This document shows, one piece after another, positions 19,456 to 31,600 of a stretch of DNA of 64,000 nt. Position 1 is the stretch's first letter, and every line of letters starts with the position of its first letter. The stretch is from an uncultured bacterium (GTDB taxonomy: Bacteria; Bacillota_I; Bacilli_A; RFN20; CAG-826). The notes beneath the pieces were generated by a model. It was not told where the DNA came from. It worked only from the letters and a program-made list of their open reading frames with translations, and searched no databases. The stretch spans positions 3,714 to 67,713 of the forward strand of contig CASFZN010000017.1 in NCBI GenBank assembly GCA_949299195.1, given 5' to 3'. A program made the translations under genes and the position numbers.

Positions 19456-19600
19456 TTTATTTCTTACTAAGAAATAAATCTTTCCACGTGGAAATATTTT
19501 CTTCCGTATTTTATCGAATTTGTAAGTAAAAATACACTTTATTCTAATCCTAAACTTCTTTAAAAAATTAACAAAAAATTTAAAGCTTAGTAAGAATAAA
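19456..19600. repeat. Composite palindromic element, copy 1 (box, parS-like palindrome, box)
   Basis: TTTATTTCTTA-C-TAAGAAATAAA (19456-19478), TTTCCACGTGGAAA (19481-19494), CTTAGTAAG (19586-19594). Confidence 0.75.
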
Positions 19601-19640
19601 AAATAACCGATAATGTTCGGCTATTTTTATGTTAAATATA

Positions 19641-20333
19641 TTAAGGATTAACTTTACTTACCTTTGGCTTTTCAACTAATTTGATGAACTTCTTGTCATC
19701 CATTTCTTTAACGTATCTAACCCTTCTAATTGCAAAATATCCTGTTGGAACAACAAGTAAGGCTAAAACCGCTTCTCCTATCATTCCAAAAAGGGTGACG
19801 GTTCCAAGTCCAACCATAATAAATTGACCAACATTTTTGAATGGATTAAAGAATTCCGAAATTCCTAAAGCAGCAGTAATTCCAAATGGATCTAAAATTC
19901 CAAATAAATATAAACACGAAAGGGTTACAACTGAATGTAAAAGTGATAATCCACAAGCTAAAAATGGCAAAGAAATATAATAAGTTTTTAAGGTAGAATG
20001 TTTTTTAACTACATCAAAAACAAGTCCAGCAACAAGACCAAAAATAGCTCTTGGTAAAATTGAAATAAATGGATTTTGATAGATGATATCAATTGGACCA
20101 GTAGGCATAGTAATTGCTCTAATCATTGAAAATAATCCAAAAACAAAACCATATAATAATCCTCGTTTCCAGCCAAAAATAGCTGCGCCCATTAAAACTA
20201 AAACTGGCATAGTTGTTAAAGTTATAGCGCCTAAAGTAATATAACCCAAATAATTAACAAATGTAAAAAGAACGATTAATGCGATAAAAAGCGCATCAAA
20301 ACTTATTAATCTTAACTTCTCAAGTCTTTCCAT
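19641..20333 (-). CDS. ECF transporter S-component, probably pantothenate (PanT-like)
   Basis: LGYI..GAITLT..PV, G..FGLFS, SILPRAIFG; cotranscribed with coaX. Confidence 0.78.
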   Translation of the reverse strand: MERLEKLRLISFDALFIALIVLFTFVNYLGYITLGAITLTTMPVLVLMGAAIFGWKRGLLYGFVFGLFSMIRAITMPTGPIDIIYQNPFISILPRAIFGLVAGLVFDVVKKHSTLKTYYISLPFLACGLSLLHSVVTLSCLYLFGILDPFGITAALGISEFFNPFKNVGQFIMVGLGTVTLFGMIGEAVLALLVVPTGYFAIRRVRYVKEMDDKKFIKLVEKPKVSKVNP

Positions 20334-20335
20334 AA

Positions 20336-21100
20336 TTACTTCTTCCCATCCTTATTTAATAAATAAATTTGATATAAACCTTCTAAAGATAAATTTTCTT
20401 CATAGTGATAACAAATAATTTCGTTTTTAACTAAAGCACCATATCCGCCAGTTAAAATTCTTTCAACCTTATAGCCAAGTTCGTTTTCAATTCGTCTAGC
20501 AAATTCACTAACCATGTAAGCTTGACCAAAAACAATACCAGATTGAATACTTTCGATTGAATTTTTACCAATTATTCTTTTAGGAGCAACAAGTTCAACA
20601 TCATAAAGTTGAGCAGCATTTTTTGCTAATCCTTCCATTGATATTTTCATGCCAGCGGTAATAATTCCTCCGACTAATGCCCCGTTTTTATCAACTACAG
20701 AGATTTTAGTAGCTGTACCTAAATCGGCAACAACAAAAGGTGGATTATATTTTTTTAATCCTCCTACAGCGGTAGCTATAAAATCAGCTCCTAATTCCTT
20801 TGGATTATCAATCTTGATAGGAATTTTTGTTTTAAGTGATGAATTTAATATTTTTGCGTCAACATTAAATACTTTTGAAACAGCAACCTTTAAGACCCTA
20901 GTTAATGAAGGAACAACAGAAGAGATAATAGCACCTTCAATATCGACATCTTTGATTAAAGATTTCAATTTAATAGCATATTCATCGCTACTTTCATCAA
21001 TAGCACTCTTAAGTGAATATTTGCTTGCTAATTCGTCTTTTGTTTCATCAAAAAGAGCAATCTTAATAGATGTATTTCCAATTTCAATACATAAGACCAT
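20336..21100 (-). CDS. coaX: Type III pantothenate kinase
   Basis: IGNTSI, ISSVVP, LGAD, DLGTAT, SIQSG, LTGG, LEGL. Confidence 0.92.
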   Translation of the reverse strand: MVLCIEIGNTSIKIALFDETKDELASKYSLKSAIDESSDEYAIKLKSLIKDVDIEGAIISSVVPSLTRVLKVAVSKVFNVDAKILNSSLKTKIPIKIDNPKELGADFIATAVGGLKKYNPPFVVADLGTATKISVVDKNGALVGGIITAGMKISMEGLAKNAAQLYDVELVAPKRIIGKNSIESIQSGIVFGQAYMVSEFARRIENELGYKVERILTGGYGALVKNEIICYHYEENLSLEGLYQIYLLNKDGKK

Positions 21101-21247
21101 TTTTACTTTTTCCTCCTCTACAACCTAAAATAAATTAGTGTCGTGATTTGTAACGATGATATTCTATAACTAAATATTGATATTTTCTACTAAAATAGTA
21201 AGAAATATTTATTATTTACTTATTTATTTGTTAAAAAATTGAGACGA

Positions 21248-22030
21248 TTAATCAGTCGTCTCAATTTTAATTGGTTCTTCTTTATCTATTTTCATTTTCT
21301 TTCGAGTTAAGTCTTCATTAAAGAATTTATTAATACCTAAATAGATAAGATACATCGAAGGTAAACCTAAGTTAGTTTCAATTAAACTATTAATTAATAT
21401 AGTTTGGATAGATGCTTCATTAAATGGCCTAATTCCATTAATTAAAAGTGAAAATTCCCAGCAGAATTGAACGCTTATTCCAATTAAGTTTAACAATAAA
21501 ACATTGATCAATTTCTTTTTGGTAAATAAAGAATAGATAATAACAGATAAATAAGAAACTACGAGGAATATCGCCATAAAATAGTGATATTGATTAGTAG
21601 TTCTATAGGTTTGGATGTTATTTTCTCCTCCAGCAACAGTAATTGAAGGTAAAACAAGCCGCCATCCAATAATTAAAGTAAGCCAATATTTTAAATATTC
21701 ATCTTTTCTTAAGCATAACCAGATGAATGCAAAATTAGTTATGCCATAAGATATGCTCATCCATAATAAGACCAAACAAGTATTTAAATTTCCCTGAATT
21801 ACTCCATCAATTGAAACGCTTCTACTACCACTTATTAGATAAAAATATCCATAATCTACGATAAAATAGAGAATTCCTCCAAATAAAGACCAAATGAGTG
21901 TTTGATATCTTTTTTTAAGGATTAATAAAACTAGTAATAAGACTATAAATATCGAATCTAAAATAATATAAAGTAGATTGAAGTTTCGAGTAGGAGTGAT
22001 TACACTCTCTAAAACATTTAATAAATTCAT
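21248..22030 (-). CDS. Hypothetical polytopic membrane protein (contains CGG codon at 21659-21661)
   Basis: About 7-8 hydrophobic segments; conserved-looking VDYG, WMS.SYG.TNF, ETNLG.P. Confidence 0.75.
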   Translation of the reverse strand: MNLLNVLESVITPTRNFNLLYIILDSIFIVLLLVLLILKKRYQTLIWSLFGGILYFIVDYGYFYLISGSRSVSIDGVIQGNLNTCLVLLWMSISYGITNFAFIWLCLRKDEYLKYWLTLIIGWRLVLPSITVAGGENNIQTYRTTNQYHYFMAIFLVVSYLSVIIYSLFTKKKLINVLLLNLIGISVQFCWEFSLLINGIRPFNEASIQTILINSLIETNLGLPSMYLIYLGINKFFNEDLTRKKMKIDKEEPIKIETTD

Positions 22031-22068
22031 ATAGATAACAACATTTGTTTTTAAACACTTTTTAATAA

Positions 22069-24465
22069 TTAAATAGCAACAATATTTAAGATTTTGCCCT
22101 TAACATAAATAATTTTTTTGATTTCTTTATTATCGGTGAAGGCTTTAACTTTTTCGCTACTAAAGGCAAGTTCTTTAATTTCTTCTTCGCTAATTTCTTT
22201 ATTAACTTCTAAAACATCTCTTAATTTACCATTAACTTGAACTGCAACTTTAACGGTATCTAAGACAAGTTTACTTTCATCATAAGTAGGCCATGATTCA
22301 AATGTAATTAAGTTTTCATGTCCTAACATATTCCAAATTTCTTCTCCAACAAATGGGCAGATACAGTCAAACATTTTAACGAATCCTTCCATATATGGGC
22401 GATAGAGCGATTTAGCTTTATAAACATCATTCATAAAGATCATCATTTGAGAAATTGCGGTGTTAAATTGAAGATTTTCGAAGTCGTTGGTAACTTTTTT
22501 AACTAAATAGTTATAGGAATAATCAAGTTCGCCACTATTTCCATCACTAAATTTATCTAAGAATTCTTTTTCAGAATAAACTCTATAAACTCTATCGATA
22601 AATTTTCTAGCACCAGTACATGCACTTGGATTCCAAGGAAGCGATGCTTCAAGTGGACCCATAAACATTTCATAAAGTCTTAAAGTATCAGCACCTAAAA
22701 CTTCACAAACATCATCAGGATTAACAACATTTCCATATGATTTAGACATTTTTCTTCCATCTTCACCTAAAATCATGCCTTGGTGGAATAATTTTTTAAA
22801 TGGTTCTTTTGAAGAAACTATTCCTTTATCATATAAGAATTTATGCCAGAATCTTGCATATAATAAATGTAAGACTGCGTGCTCTTGTCCTCCAATATAA
22901 AGATCAACTGGTAACCAGTAATCGAGTAATTTCTTATCACCAATTTCGTTATCATTATGTGGATCAATATAACGGATATAATACCAACAGCTTCCTGCCC
23001 ATTGAGGCATTGTATTGGTTTCTCTTAATCCATGTTTGCCTTCAATAACAACTTCTCTCCATTTTGTTGCATGAACAAGTGGAGATTCACCAGTTCCTGA
23101 AACTTTATATTCATCTAATTCTGGTAATTCAAGAGGTAAGTTCTTTTCAAGAATTTTACTTCCATCATCCATTTGAATAATTGGAATTGGTTCACCCCAA
23201 TATCTTTGACGTGAGAATAACCAGTCTCTTAATTTATAGTTAACCTTATAATTTCCTGAATTTATTTCAATTAATTTATCAGTAACTGCTTTTTTAGCAT
23301 CTTCAATATTCATTCCGTTTATAAAATCAGAATTAATATGAGGTGCATCTTCAATCATTGCTTCATTGCTAATATCACCTTCAAGAACTTGAACAATTGG
23401 TAAATTATGAGCTTTTGCAAAGCCATAATCTCTTTCATCATGTGCAGGAACAGCCATAACTGCGCCACTACCATAACTTCCCAATACATAATCAGCAATA
23501 TAAATAGGAACTTCTTTATTATTAATAGGATTTATAGCGTATCTTCCCATAAATACACCGGTTTTTGCTTTATCTGTGCCAGTTCTTTCAAGGTCGGATT
23601 TAGATTCAACTTCTTTGATATATTTATCAACTGCTTCTTTACATTCACTAGTTACTAATTTTTGAACTAATGGATGTTCAGGAGCTAAACAACAATATGT
23701 ACAGCCAAAAAGTGTATCGGCTCTAGTTGTAAATACTTTAAAAGTATCATCGCTATCTTTGATTTTAAATGTAATTTCAGTTCCTAAACTTTTACCAATC
23801 CAGTTTCTTTGAGCCTCGATAGTAGAGTTTGGCCAATCTAATTCTTTTAAATCTTCTGCTAATCTATCAGCATATGCAGTAATTTTTAAATTCCATTGTC
23901 TCATTGGTTTTCTAATTACTGGATAGCCACCTCTTTCGCTTTTCCCATCAATAACTTCTTCATTTGCTAAAACTGTTCCAAGTTCAGGGCAAAAATTTAC
24001 AGGTTTATAGTCTTCATACGCTAAACCATCTTCATAAAGCATTGAGAAAATCTTTTGTGTCCATTTATAGTATTTAGGATCGCAGGTTGTAACTTCCCTA
24101 TCATAATCATATGAAAAACCTAATAATTGAAGTTGTCTTCTAAAATTATTGATATTGTTTAAAGTAAATTCATATGGATGACGATTCATTTTCATCGCAT
24201 ATTGTTCAGCTGGAAGTCCAAAAGCATCCCATCCGATAGGATGTAAGACATTATATCCTTGCATTCTCTTCATTCTTGCAACAATATCGGTTGCAGTATA
24301 GCCTTCTGGATGTCCAACGTGTAAACCTTGTCCACTTGGGAAAGGGAACATATCCATTACAAAGTATTTTGGTTTAGAAAAATCTGAAGTATCACATTTA
24401 TACTCTTTTCTTTCAAGCCAGATTTTTGACCATTTTGCTTCAATTTCCTTGTGATTGTAAGCCAT
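22069..24465 (-). CDS. leuS: Leucine--tRNA ligase
   Basis: [40 protein letters not shown]. Confidence 0.98.
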   Translation of the reverse strand: MAYNHKEIEAKWSKIWLERKEYKCDTSDFSKPKYFVMDMFPFPSGQGLHVGHPEGYTATDIVARMKRMQGYNVLHPIGWDAFGLPAEQYAMKMNRHPYEFTLNNINNFRRQLQLLGFSYDYDREVTTCDPKYYKWTQKIFSMLYEDGLAYEDYKPVNFCPELGTVLANEEVIDGKSERGGYPVIRKPMRQWNLKITAYADRLAEDLKELDWPNSTIEAQRNWIGKSLGTEITFKIKDSDDTFKVFTTRADTLFGCTYCCLAPEHPLVQKLVTSECKEAVDKYIKEVESKSDLERTGTDKAKTGVFMGRYAINPINNKEVPIYIADYVLGSYGSGAVMAVPAHDERDYGFAKAHNLPIVQVLEGDISNEAMIEDAPHINSDFINGMNIEDAKKAVTDKLIEINSGNYKVNYKLRDWLFSRQRYWGEPIPIIQMDDGSKILEKNLPLELPELDEYKVSGTGESPLVHATKWREVVIEGKHGLRETNTMPQWAGSCWYYIRYIDPHNDNEIGDKKLLDYWLPVDLYIGGQEHAVLHLLYARFWHKFLYDKGIVSSKEPFKKLFHQGMILGEDGRKMSKSYGNVVNPDDVCEVLGADTLRLYEMFMGPLEASLPWNPSACTGARKFIDRVYRVYSEKEFLDKFSDGNSGELDYSYNYLVKKVTNDFENLQFNTAISQMMIFMNDVYKAKSLYRPYMEGFVKMFDCICPFVGEEIWNMLGHENLITFESWPTYDESKLVLDTVKVAVQVNGKLRDVLEVNKEISEEEIKELAFSSEKVKAFTDNKEIKKIIYVKGKILNIVAI

Positions 24466-24484
24466 TTTCTTCCTCCTTGTTTTA

Positions 24485-24810
24485 ATATAAAAGCGCCCTT
24501 ACTAGAAAAGACACTTTCAAATATCTTTTTTAATAAGGACGCTCAACTTTTAAATTAATTTTATAAGCGCGGTACCACCTTAATTCATCTAATTTATTTC
24601 TTAGTAAGGAATATTTTAATACCTACTAGAATGATAGTAGACTTTAAAGTTTCTACGCGGAAACTTTTTTAATGCTTACTAAGCTTTAAAAGATGCACTT
24701 ATTTATATAGTTTTTACCATACGTGAGACTCTTTTATTAATCTATTAACTTTCACCAACCGTTAACTCTCTAAAAGATTAATTTTTAAAAGATTAATCGT
24801 ACTAGACAAT
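24485..24810 (-). promoter_or_regulatory. T-box riboswitch leader of leuS (Leu specifier CUC)
   Basis: Minus strand: AGAGA and GGTTGGTGAAA stem I motifs, specifier CTC (24725-24727), T-box AAGGTGGTACCGCG (24568-24581), terminator AGCGTCCTTA...TAAGGGCGCT-TTT. Confidence 0.9.
24593..24690. repeat. Composite palindromic element, copy 2 (degenerate), inside the T-box leader
   Basis: TTTATTTCTTAGTAAG (24593-24608), GTTTCTACGCGGAAAC (24649-24664, 2 mismatches), CTTACTAAGCTTTAAA (24675-24690). Confidence 0.6.
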
Positions 24811-24862
24811 AATTTAACATAAATTTATTAACTAAAAAAGGGGAAGTTTATCCCCATTTTTA

Positions 24863-26314
24863 TTAATCGTTATAAGATAAAGCAAGTCTATATAATTTTA
24901 AATATTCCTCAGCAGATTCATTCCATGAATGATCAGTATTTAAAGCGTTTTTAACTAAATTATCCATAACATCCTTTTTATAATAATAAGTAGTTAATGC
25001 ACTTGAAACACATTTTAATGCATCAATAATGGAATAATCATCGAACCCAAATCCATTAGCAATATCTTCATTCTTTCTTTCGGCATCATAACAGATAACT
25101 GAATCTTTTAAGCCGCCAGTTCTTCTAACAAGAGGTAAAGAACCATATCTTTGGGCAATCATTTGACCTAATCCGCATGGTTCAAATGCACTTGGCATAA
25201 TGAAGAAATCACTAGCTGCATATAATTTATGAGCGATATCTTCGCTATAACCTATATATACATAGTTATGAGATGGATTTCTTGCATAAAGATTATTAAA
25301 CATATCTTCTGCATATCTTTCGCCGCTTCCTAAAACCGCGAAGTTGCCACCTTCATGAGTTAAAAAGTCTGCCATAGCATAGATTAAATCTAATCCTTTT
25401 TGGTCAGTTAGTCTTGAAACAACTGCGAAAAGTGGTAATTCTGGATCAAGATTATTTTCTTTACAGAATTCTTCTTTGTTAATCTTTTTATTAGTTTTAT
25501 AGTTATTAACGGTAAAATTCTTATAAATTGTCTTATCTTTTTTAGGATCAAAAGCGGTATAATCCATTCCGTTTAAAATTCCAACAAAGTCATTTTGTCT
25601 TAAAATTAAGTCATACCATAACCCCTTACTTCCTTCGACAGTTGTAAGTTCATAAGCATGAGTTGGACTAACGGTTGTGATTTTATCAGCGAATTTAATT
25701 CCAGCTTTTAAAGTTGAAACTTGATCATCGAATCTAACACTTCCATCATCATATAACGAGGTAGGGAGATTATATAAATCATATAAAGAGTCTCTTCCTA
25801 AATAACCTTTAAATAATGGATTATGAATGGTTAAAACGGTTCTAACTTTCTTTAAGTCGGGATCGTTATGGTAACAAGTTTTTAAAATACATGGAATCAT
25901 TCCACCTTGCCAGTCATGAACATGGGCAATATCAACTTTAAATGGGAGTTTTTTAAGTAAAAGAGTTGAAGCTAAAGCAAAGAAAGCAAATCTTTCACCA
26001 TCATCATAGAAGCCATAAATATTTCCAGGACGATTGAAATAGTAATCATTTTTGATAAAGAAATATTCGATTCCTTCATAGAAAAGATGATAAACTTCGC
26101 ATTCTTTATATCTCCAGTTCATCTTTACTTCATAGGAAAATAATTTTTTTAATTTTGGATATTTGTCGAAATTAATTTTGGAATATAAAGGGGAAACAAC
26201 TGCTACTTTTTCACCCTTTTTAACATATTCCATACTTAAAGAATATGCGACATCACCTAAGCCACCAGTTTTAGAAAATGGATAGCATTCACTTGTTACC
26301 ATTACAATATTCAT
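24863..26314 (-). CDS. glgA: Glycogen synthase
   Basis: KTGGLGDV, HDWQ, TIHN, TVSPT, FEPCGLGQM, TGGLKD. Confidence 0.96.
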   Translation of the reverse strand: MNIVMVTSECYPFSKTGGLGDVAYSLSMEYVKKGEKVAVVSPLYSKINFDKYPKLKKLFSYEVKMNWRYKECEVYHLFYEGIEYFFIKNDYYFNRPGNIYGFYDDGERFAFFALASTLLLKKLPFKVDIAHVHDWQGGMIPCILKTCYHNDPDLKKVRTVLTIHNPLFKGYLGRDSLYDLYNLPTSLYDDGSVRFDDQVSTLKAGIKFADKITTVSPTHAYELTTVEGSKGLWYDLILRQNDFVGILNGMDYTAFDPKKDKTIYKNFTVNNYKTNKKINKEEFCKENNLDPELPLFAVVSRLTDQKGLDLIYAMADFLTHEGGNFAVLGSGERYAEDMFNNLYARNPSHNYVYIGYSEDIAHKLYAASDFFIMPSAFEPCGLGQMIAQRYGSLPLVRRTGGLKDSVICYDAERKNEDIANGFGFDDYSIIDALKCVSSALTTYYYKKDVMDNLVKNALNTDHSWNESAEEYLKLYRLALSYND

Positions 26315-26316
26315 AA

Positions 26317-27441
26317 TTATATTTTTTCTCCTTGTGGGACATAAATGATTTCATTTTTTGCACCACATACTTCATTTTTATTAGCAAAAACGCAGAGTTT
26401 ATCGCTAACTACTTTCTTTAAATGGACTCCGCTTTTAATGACACAGTCACTAAAAATAATTGAATCTTCAACAGTTGCACCTTCTTCAACAACAACATTA
26501 CGTGCTAAAACTGAGTTTTTAACCTTTCCATAAACACTACATCCATTTGCGACAACGCTATCTACAACATCGCAGTTAGGCCCATATAAAACAGGTCTAG
26601 TGTCGTGAGTTCTGGTATAAATTTTCCAATCTTCGGAGAAATAATCTTCATTTAAATTCTCTAAATTGTCTTTTAATTTCATGGTTGCTTCATAATATTT
26701 TTCTAAGCTATTAACATAGGTTAATGCTCCATCAAATTTAATACCATGAATTTCATAGTTTGAATATCTTTGAATATAAGTCATTAAATCTGCCATATTG
26801 TAGACATTTGAAATATTTTTGACTAAATCTAGACATTCTTTTAAATAATCCTTATCAAAGATATAGGTTCTTAAAGAGATAAAGACGGTTTTATCTTTTG
26901 GATCGACCTTATCTACTTTTTGGACATTTCCTAAAGCGTTGATAGTGATTTTATTTAAACCTAAATAGTCTTTTCCAGCATTTTCAACTTCACTATAAAG
27001 AACTGAAACTTTCTTATTAGATTTAATGTGTTCTTCAACAACCTTACGATAATCAACCTTCATAACAAATCCAACAGGTACAAAAAGTACATATTTTGAA
27101 TCTTTATCATAAAGGAAATAATCGTTTGCTCTTAAGTTATTAATATCGGTATTTAAAAATGGATTATGGAAACCTTCTTCATGAATCATCCATTGAAAGA
27201 ATCCGGTTTTTGGATTTTTTAAATACGCATTATCGCTTCTTATGTGTTTAATAATACTTCTTGAATAATTTTTAATCATGATTCCAACATTATCGACACC
27301 TGAATTTGTTAAATTTGATAATGCAAAATCAATAAAGGTATATCTTCCTAAAAAAGTTGTAGAAGCAGCAGGTCTTTTTTCAGTTAATAAACCAAATTCA
27401 GGAGTTGAATAAAGATTAATTAAAGCAACTGTGTTTTTCAT
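26317..27441 (-). CDS. glgD: Glucose-1-phosphate adenylyltransferase regulatory subunit
   Basis: LTEKRPAAS..F.GRY.FIDF.LSN, C-terminal hexapeptide repeats; between glgC and glgA. Confidence 0.9.
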   Translation of the reverse strand: MKNTVALINLYSTPEFGLLTEKRPAASTTFLGRYTFIDFALSNLTNSGVDNVGIMIKNYSRSIIKHIRSDNAYLKNPKTGFFQWMIHEEGFHNPFLNTDINNLRANDYFLYDKDSKYVLFVPVGFVMKVDYRKVVEEHIKSNKKVSVLYSEVENAGKDYLGLNKITINALGNVQKVDKVDPKDKTVFISLRTYIFDKDYLKECLDLVKNISNVYNMADLMTYIQRYSNYEIHGIKFDGALTYVNSLEKYYEATMKLKDNLENLNEDYFSEDWKIYTRTHDTRPVLYGPNCDVVDSVVANGCSVYGKVKNSVLARNVVVEEGATVEDSIIFSDCVIKSGVHLKKVVSDKLCVFANKNEVCGAKNEIIYVPQGEKI

Positions 27442-28574
27442 TGTTGTAAATTCCTCTCATAATCTAATAATACGATTTTACCGGTATTTTTATTGATTTC
27501 TTCTTTTTCTTTAATAACGGTATTAGGGCCTAAAATTGCATTTTCAACATAGGCACCTTTTCTAATAATTACTCCAGGCATTAAGACTGATTTAACAACC
27601 TTTGCACCCTCTTCAATCATAACTTCATTAGAAATTACGCTTTCAGAGACATCGCCAAATATTCTTGCGCCTTGATTTATAAGTGAATCTTTAACCTTTG
27701 CTTTTTTATCAATAAATTGTGGTAAAGAATTGGTATCTTCACTAAATACTTTTGGATATTCATCAAAATGAATGGTATCTTCAGTTCTTTTTGATGGTAA
27801 TAATTCCATATTTGCTTGATGTAAACTATCAACAGTTCCAACATCTCTCCAATAGCCTTTAAAGCGATAAGCTACGAGTTTTTTATTTTCTTTTAACATC
27901 TTAGGGATAATATTTTTACCAAAATCGTTTTCACTATTTGGATCTTTATGATCTTCAATTAAAGCGCTTCTTAAGGCCTTATAAGTAAAGATATAAACGC
28001 CCATACTTGCTAAATTTGATTTTGGTTCTTTTGGTTTTTCGACGAATTTAGTAATAACATCATTACTATCAACCTCTAAAATACCAAATCTTGATGCTTC
28101 TTTAATATCAACTTCTAAAACGGAAATTGTACAATCGGCCTTACTTTCAGTATGTAAACGAATCATTTCATCATAACTAGTTTTATAGATATGATCTCCT
28201 GAAAGAATAAGGACATATTTTGGATCCTCTTCATCCAAAAAGTCGATATTTTGATAAATTGCATCTGCAGTACCCTTATACCAATTAGCTCCGCTTTCAG
28301 TTTGTCTTGGCGCTAAGGCAACACAAGTTGAGTCAACTCCATCGAATCCCCATTTTGAGCCGTTACCGATGTAGTTGTTTAAAACGACTGATTCATACTG
28401 TGTTAAAACACCACATGAATCGATTGCTGAGTTAGCTACGTTTGATAAAGAAAAGTCAATAATACGATACTTACCACCAAAATAAACTGCAGGTTTTGCA
28501 ATTTTTTTGGTTAATTGATGAAGTCTCGTTCCTTTACCTCCGGCTAAGATCATCGCTACAACATTTCTACCCAT
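27438..28574 (-). CDS. glgC: Glucose-1-phosphate adenylyltransferase
   Basis: ILAGGKGTRL, AKPAVYFGGKYRIIDF, GTADAIYQN, DFGKNIIP, YWRDVGT; TGA stop overlaps glgD ATG. Confidence 0.97.
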   Translation of the reverse strand: MGRNVVAMILAGGKGTRLHQLTKKIAKPAVYFGGKYRIIDFSLSNVANSAIDSCGVLTQYESVVLNNYIGNGSKWGFDGVDSTCVALAPRQTESGANWYKGTADAIYQNIDFLDEEDPKYVLILSGDHIYKTSYDEMIRLHTESKADCTISVLEVDIKEASRFGILEVDSNDVITKFVEKPKEPKSNLASMGVYIFTYKALRSALIEDHKDPNSENDFGKNIIPKMLKENKKLVAYRFKGYWRDVGTVDSLHQANMELLPSKRTEDTIHFDEYPKVFSEDTNSLPQFIDKKAKVKDSLINQGARIFGDVSESVISNEVMIEEGAKVVKSVLMPGVIIRKGAYVENAILGPNTVIKEKEEINKNTGKIVLLDYERNLQQ

Positions 28575-28669
28575 ACTTTCCTCCCATTTAGATAAAAATA
28601 TTTATTTATAATCAATTTTTATTGCCTTCTATTTTTAAAATATTAAAGAATAAAAATTAATTTAATATA

Positions 28670-31600
28670 TTAGTTAAGATTTTGGGAAATTTCTTTAAAT
28701 GTTAGAACATTGCTTGTGTTTTTATTATGTAATACAACTAAAGTCTCATCGACTAGTTCGGAAATATCTGCAACTTTATCGGTAGGACAGGAGATAATGA
28801 CTTGAAGGTTAAACTTTCTTAATAATTTAACTGCTTCTTTAATTCTACCTCTATCCATCTTTGAGAATGCTTCATCGAAGATGATTAATCTTGAAGTATT
28901 AGCAATTTCGCCTTCTTCATTAACGTGATAAAGTTGGGCAAATGAAGCTAATACTGAGATATAGAATGGAGTTTGAGTTTCACCACCACTCTTTTTCTTA
29001 ATCATCTTAGATAATCTTTGTTCTTCGTTATTTTCACGGTTATAGACAATTAAATCGAAGTCTAAATAGGAACGATAATCAGTAAATTTTTCGATATTCT
29101 TCAATAATTCTTCATTATTTTCTTCAAGATTATTAACATCGACTATTTGTTTGAATAAATCTTCCATGACATCTTTATATTTGTCTAAGAAAAGCGATTC
29201 ATCCTCTCCACCTTCTAATATTATATCATCTTTAAGCATATCGTAATATCTTTTGAATGTGATTGAAGGTTTTACAGTGAATCTATAGGAGTCTCTTCCG
29301 AATGAAGATTGTTCGAGTGCTTCATTTAAATTAGAGATTTGATCTTCTACTTCTTCGATTGCACTTCTTAATTTAAAGATAAAGTCGTCTTTAAATTGTT
29401 GAGTTGCTTTTAAATAAGAATCATGAATTTTTTCACGGTATTCTGGGAGTTTTACCTCTTTAAATTCAATTAATTCCTTTTGGAAGACTTCGTTATCTCT
29501 AACATCTGGATCATAAGAAAGATGATAGTCATGGACATATTCCCTTCTTAATTTACATAAACTTGAGAAAAGATTATTTGATAAATATTGAAGTCTCGAT
29601 AAGGAAGAGTTGGCTTCAGTTAAAATATCAAAATATGTACGACCTCTATTAAGTTGTTCATTTAATAAAGGAAGAGCGTAAATATCGACAAAATCTTTAC
29701 TATATTTATCTTTTAAGGCCTCTTTTCTAGCTTCAATTGATTTTTCTTCATTAACAATTTTTTCAGTTTTTAAAGATTCAATTTCATGGGTTAAATTACC
29801 TTTTTCAATTAAAACATCATCTTTTAATTTGGTAATTTCTTTAATATCTTCTTCAACATCTTTAAGGCGTTTATCTAAGCTTTCAAGTAAGGCGGTGTCA
29901 TGGCTTTCAAGTTCACTATTAAAATATTCTAATGAAGAATTTAATCCCTTGAGTTCGTTACCTCTTGAGATAATTTTTAATAGATGTTCAATTTCACCAC
30001 TTGTTAAAACTTCTAAGTTATTAGCTTCGGTAATGGCTCTATAAATAGTTTTATAAACACTTAAATTTTGATTATTTGCTCTTAATTGTGCTTGTTTTTC
30101 TTCAATAAATCTATCATTTATCTTAACTCCGATAAAGGATTCTTGATAAAGTCGAGGATTCATTTTTGTTAACGAGAAAGCGCGATATAAATCACAACTT
30201 CTAGTAATTCCGTTCCCGCTATCTCTAGCTTCTTCAATATCTCCAGCTTTATATAATCTACCAATTAAATAGTTGGTATAAGCTCTTGCTCCTTCATGAG
30301 TTGTTTCAATTTCTTCTGCTAAAGAACCTTCTTCCATATTGAAATTTCTTTCAATAATCTTTTCTTGGTCAACAAGCGCAGTTGCGTAATAATGATATTC
30401 TTCTAAGATTCTTCTTAAAATCTTATAGGCTTCACTATAATATTTTGGTGGAACAAAAAGATTGAATTTTTGATTATATAAATAACCTTCAATAGCATTA
30501 GCCCAAGATTGGTCTTTAATATCAATAAGGTCACAGAATAATTCGACCTCAATTTTTTTATTAAATCTATTTGATAATTCGGTTTGTAAAGCTTCTTTAA
30601 TACTTTTTAATCTATGATCAAAAGATTTAGAACCTTTTTTAACCATTAATTCTTCTTCTTTTAAACTTTGGATTTTCTTTTCTAAGTTAGCGGTAATTCT
30701 TGCTAAAGAGGTAGCTAAACTTGAAACATTATCTTTAAATTCTTTTAATGCATCTTTAAAAGTTTCTAAATCGGTTTTAGAAACAAGCATTAAATCTTCA
30801 TCTAATTTAGTTTTAATTTTAATTGAAACTTCTTTAACCTTTTTACTAGAAAGTATAATATTTAAAATTTCTTCTTCTTTATCTTCATCATTGATTGCAT
30901 CTTTATCAACAGCACTAAGTTCATCAATTAAATTGGTTGCTTCTTCTTCATAAGATTCAATATATTGCATTAAAGTGTCTTTAACGCCATTTAATTCGTT
31001 CTTAATTGCTCTAATTTTTTCTTCAGTATCACGTTTTTGGATATAAATATCTTCAGTGATTTTAGCAACATCATTATTAGTTCGATCTTGAATAAGTTTA
31101 TATTTTCTTTTTTCGAGTTCTTTAATAGTAGCTGCGTGTTCTTCTAATTCACTTTCAATTTCATGAATTCTTTCTTCAGATTTAATAACTTCATTTTTAA
31201 AGGCTTTAACCTTTTCTTCGCTATTAAAAAGTTCGCATCTATCGATAAAATATTTTGAAACATTGAAATCTTTTTCAATGTCTTTATAAGATTCATAAGA
31301 AGTTTTAATCTCTTCAAGTCGCTCGATTCTTCTTTCAATATTTTCACTTTCTAATTTTAATTTAGAATATTGAATAATATTATCTTGAAGATGAGTAAGA
31401 TCTAAATTTTGTTGCGGATCACAGACATATTCAGTAATAAATGTTGTGATATCGGTAATTGGAGTAAAAGATGTTGCTTTCTTTAAAAGTGAAAAATATT
31501 TATCTTTTAAGCCACCAAATCTTCTTTTTAAGAATTCTTGATATTGTTTATTTGAATCAAAAAAGCGATAACTACCAGCATAATTTTCACTTAAATAGGC

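Noticed and set aside
21101..21170. Possible structured RNA leader (pan-motif-like) upstream of coaX
   Set aside because: Only weak 4-5 bp stems are visible; cannot be supported without a covariance search
27438..27441. Genetic code 4 (TGA=Trp), as in mycoplasmas
   Set aside because: glgC ends in TGA overlapping the glgD ATG, long genes are intact under code 11, and conserved Trp residues use TGG
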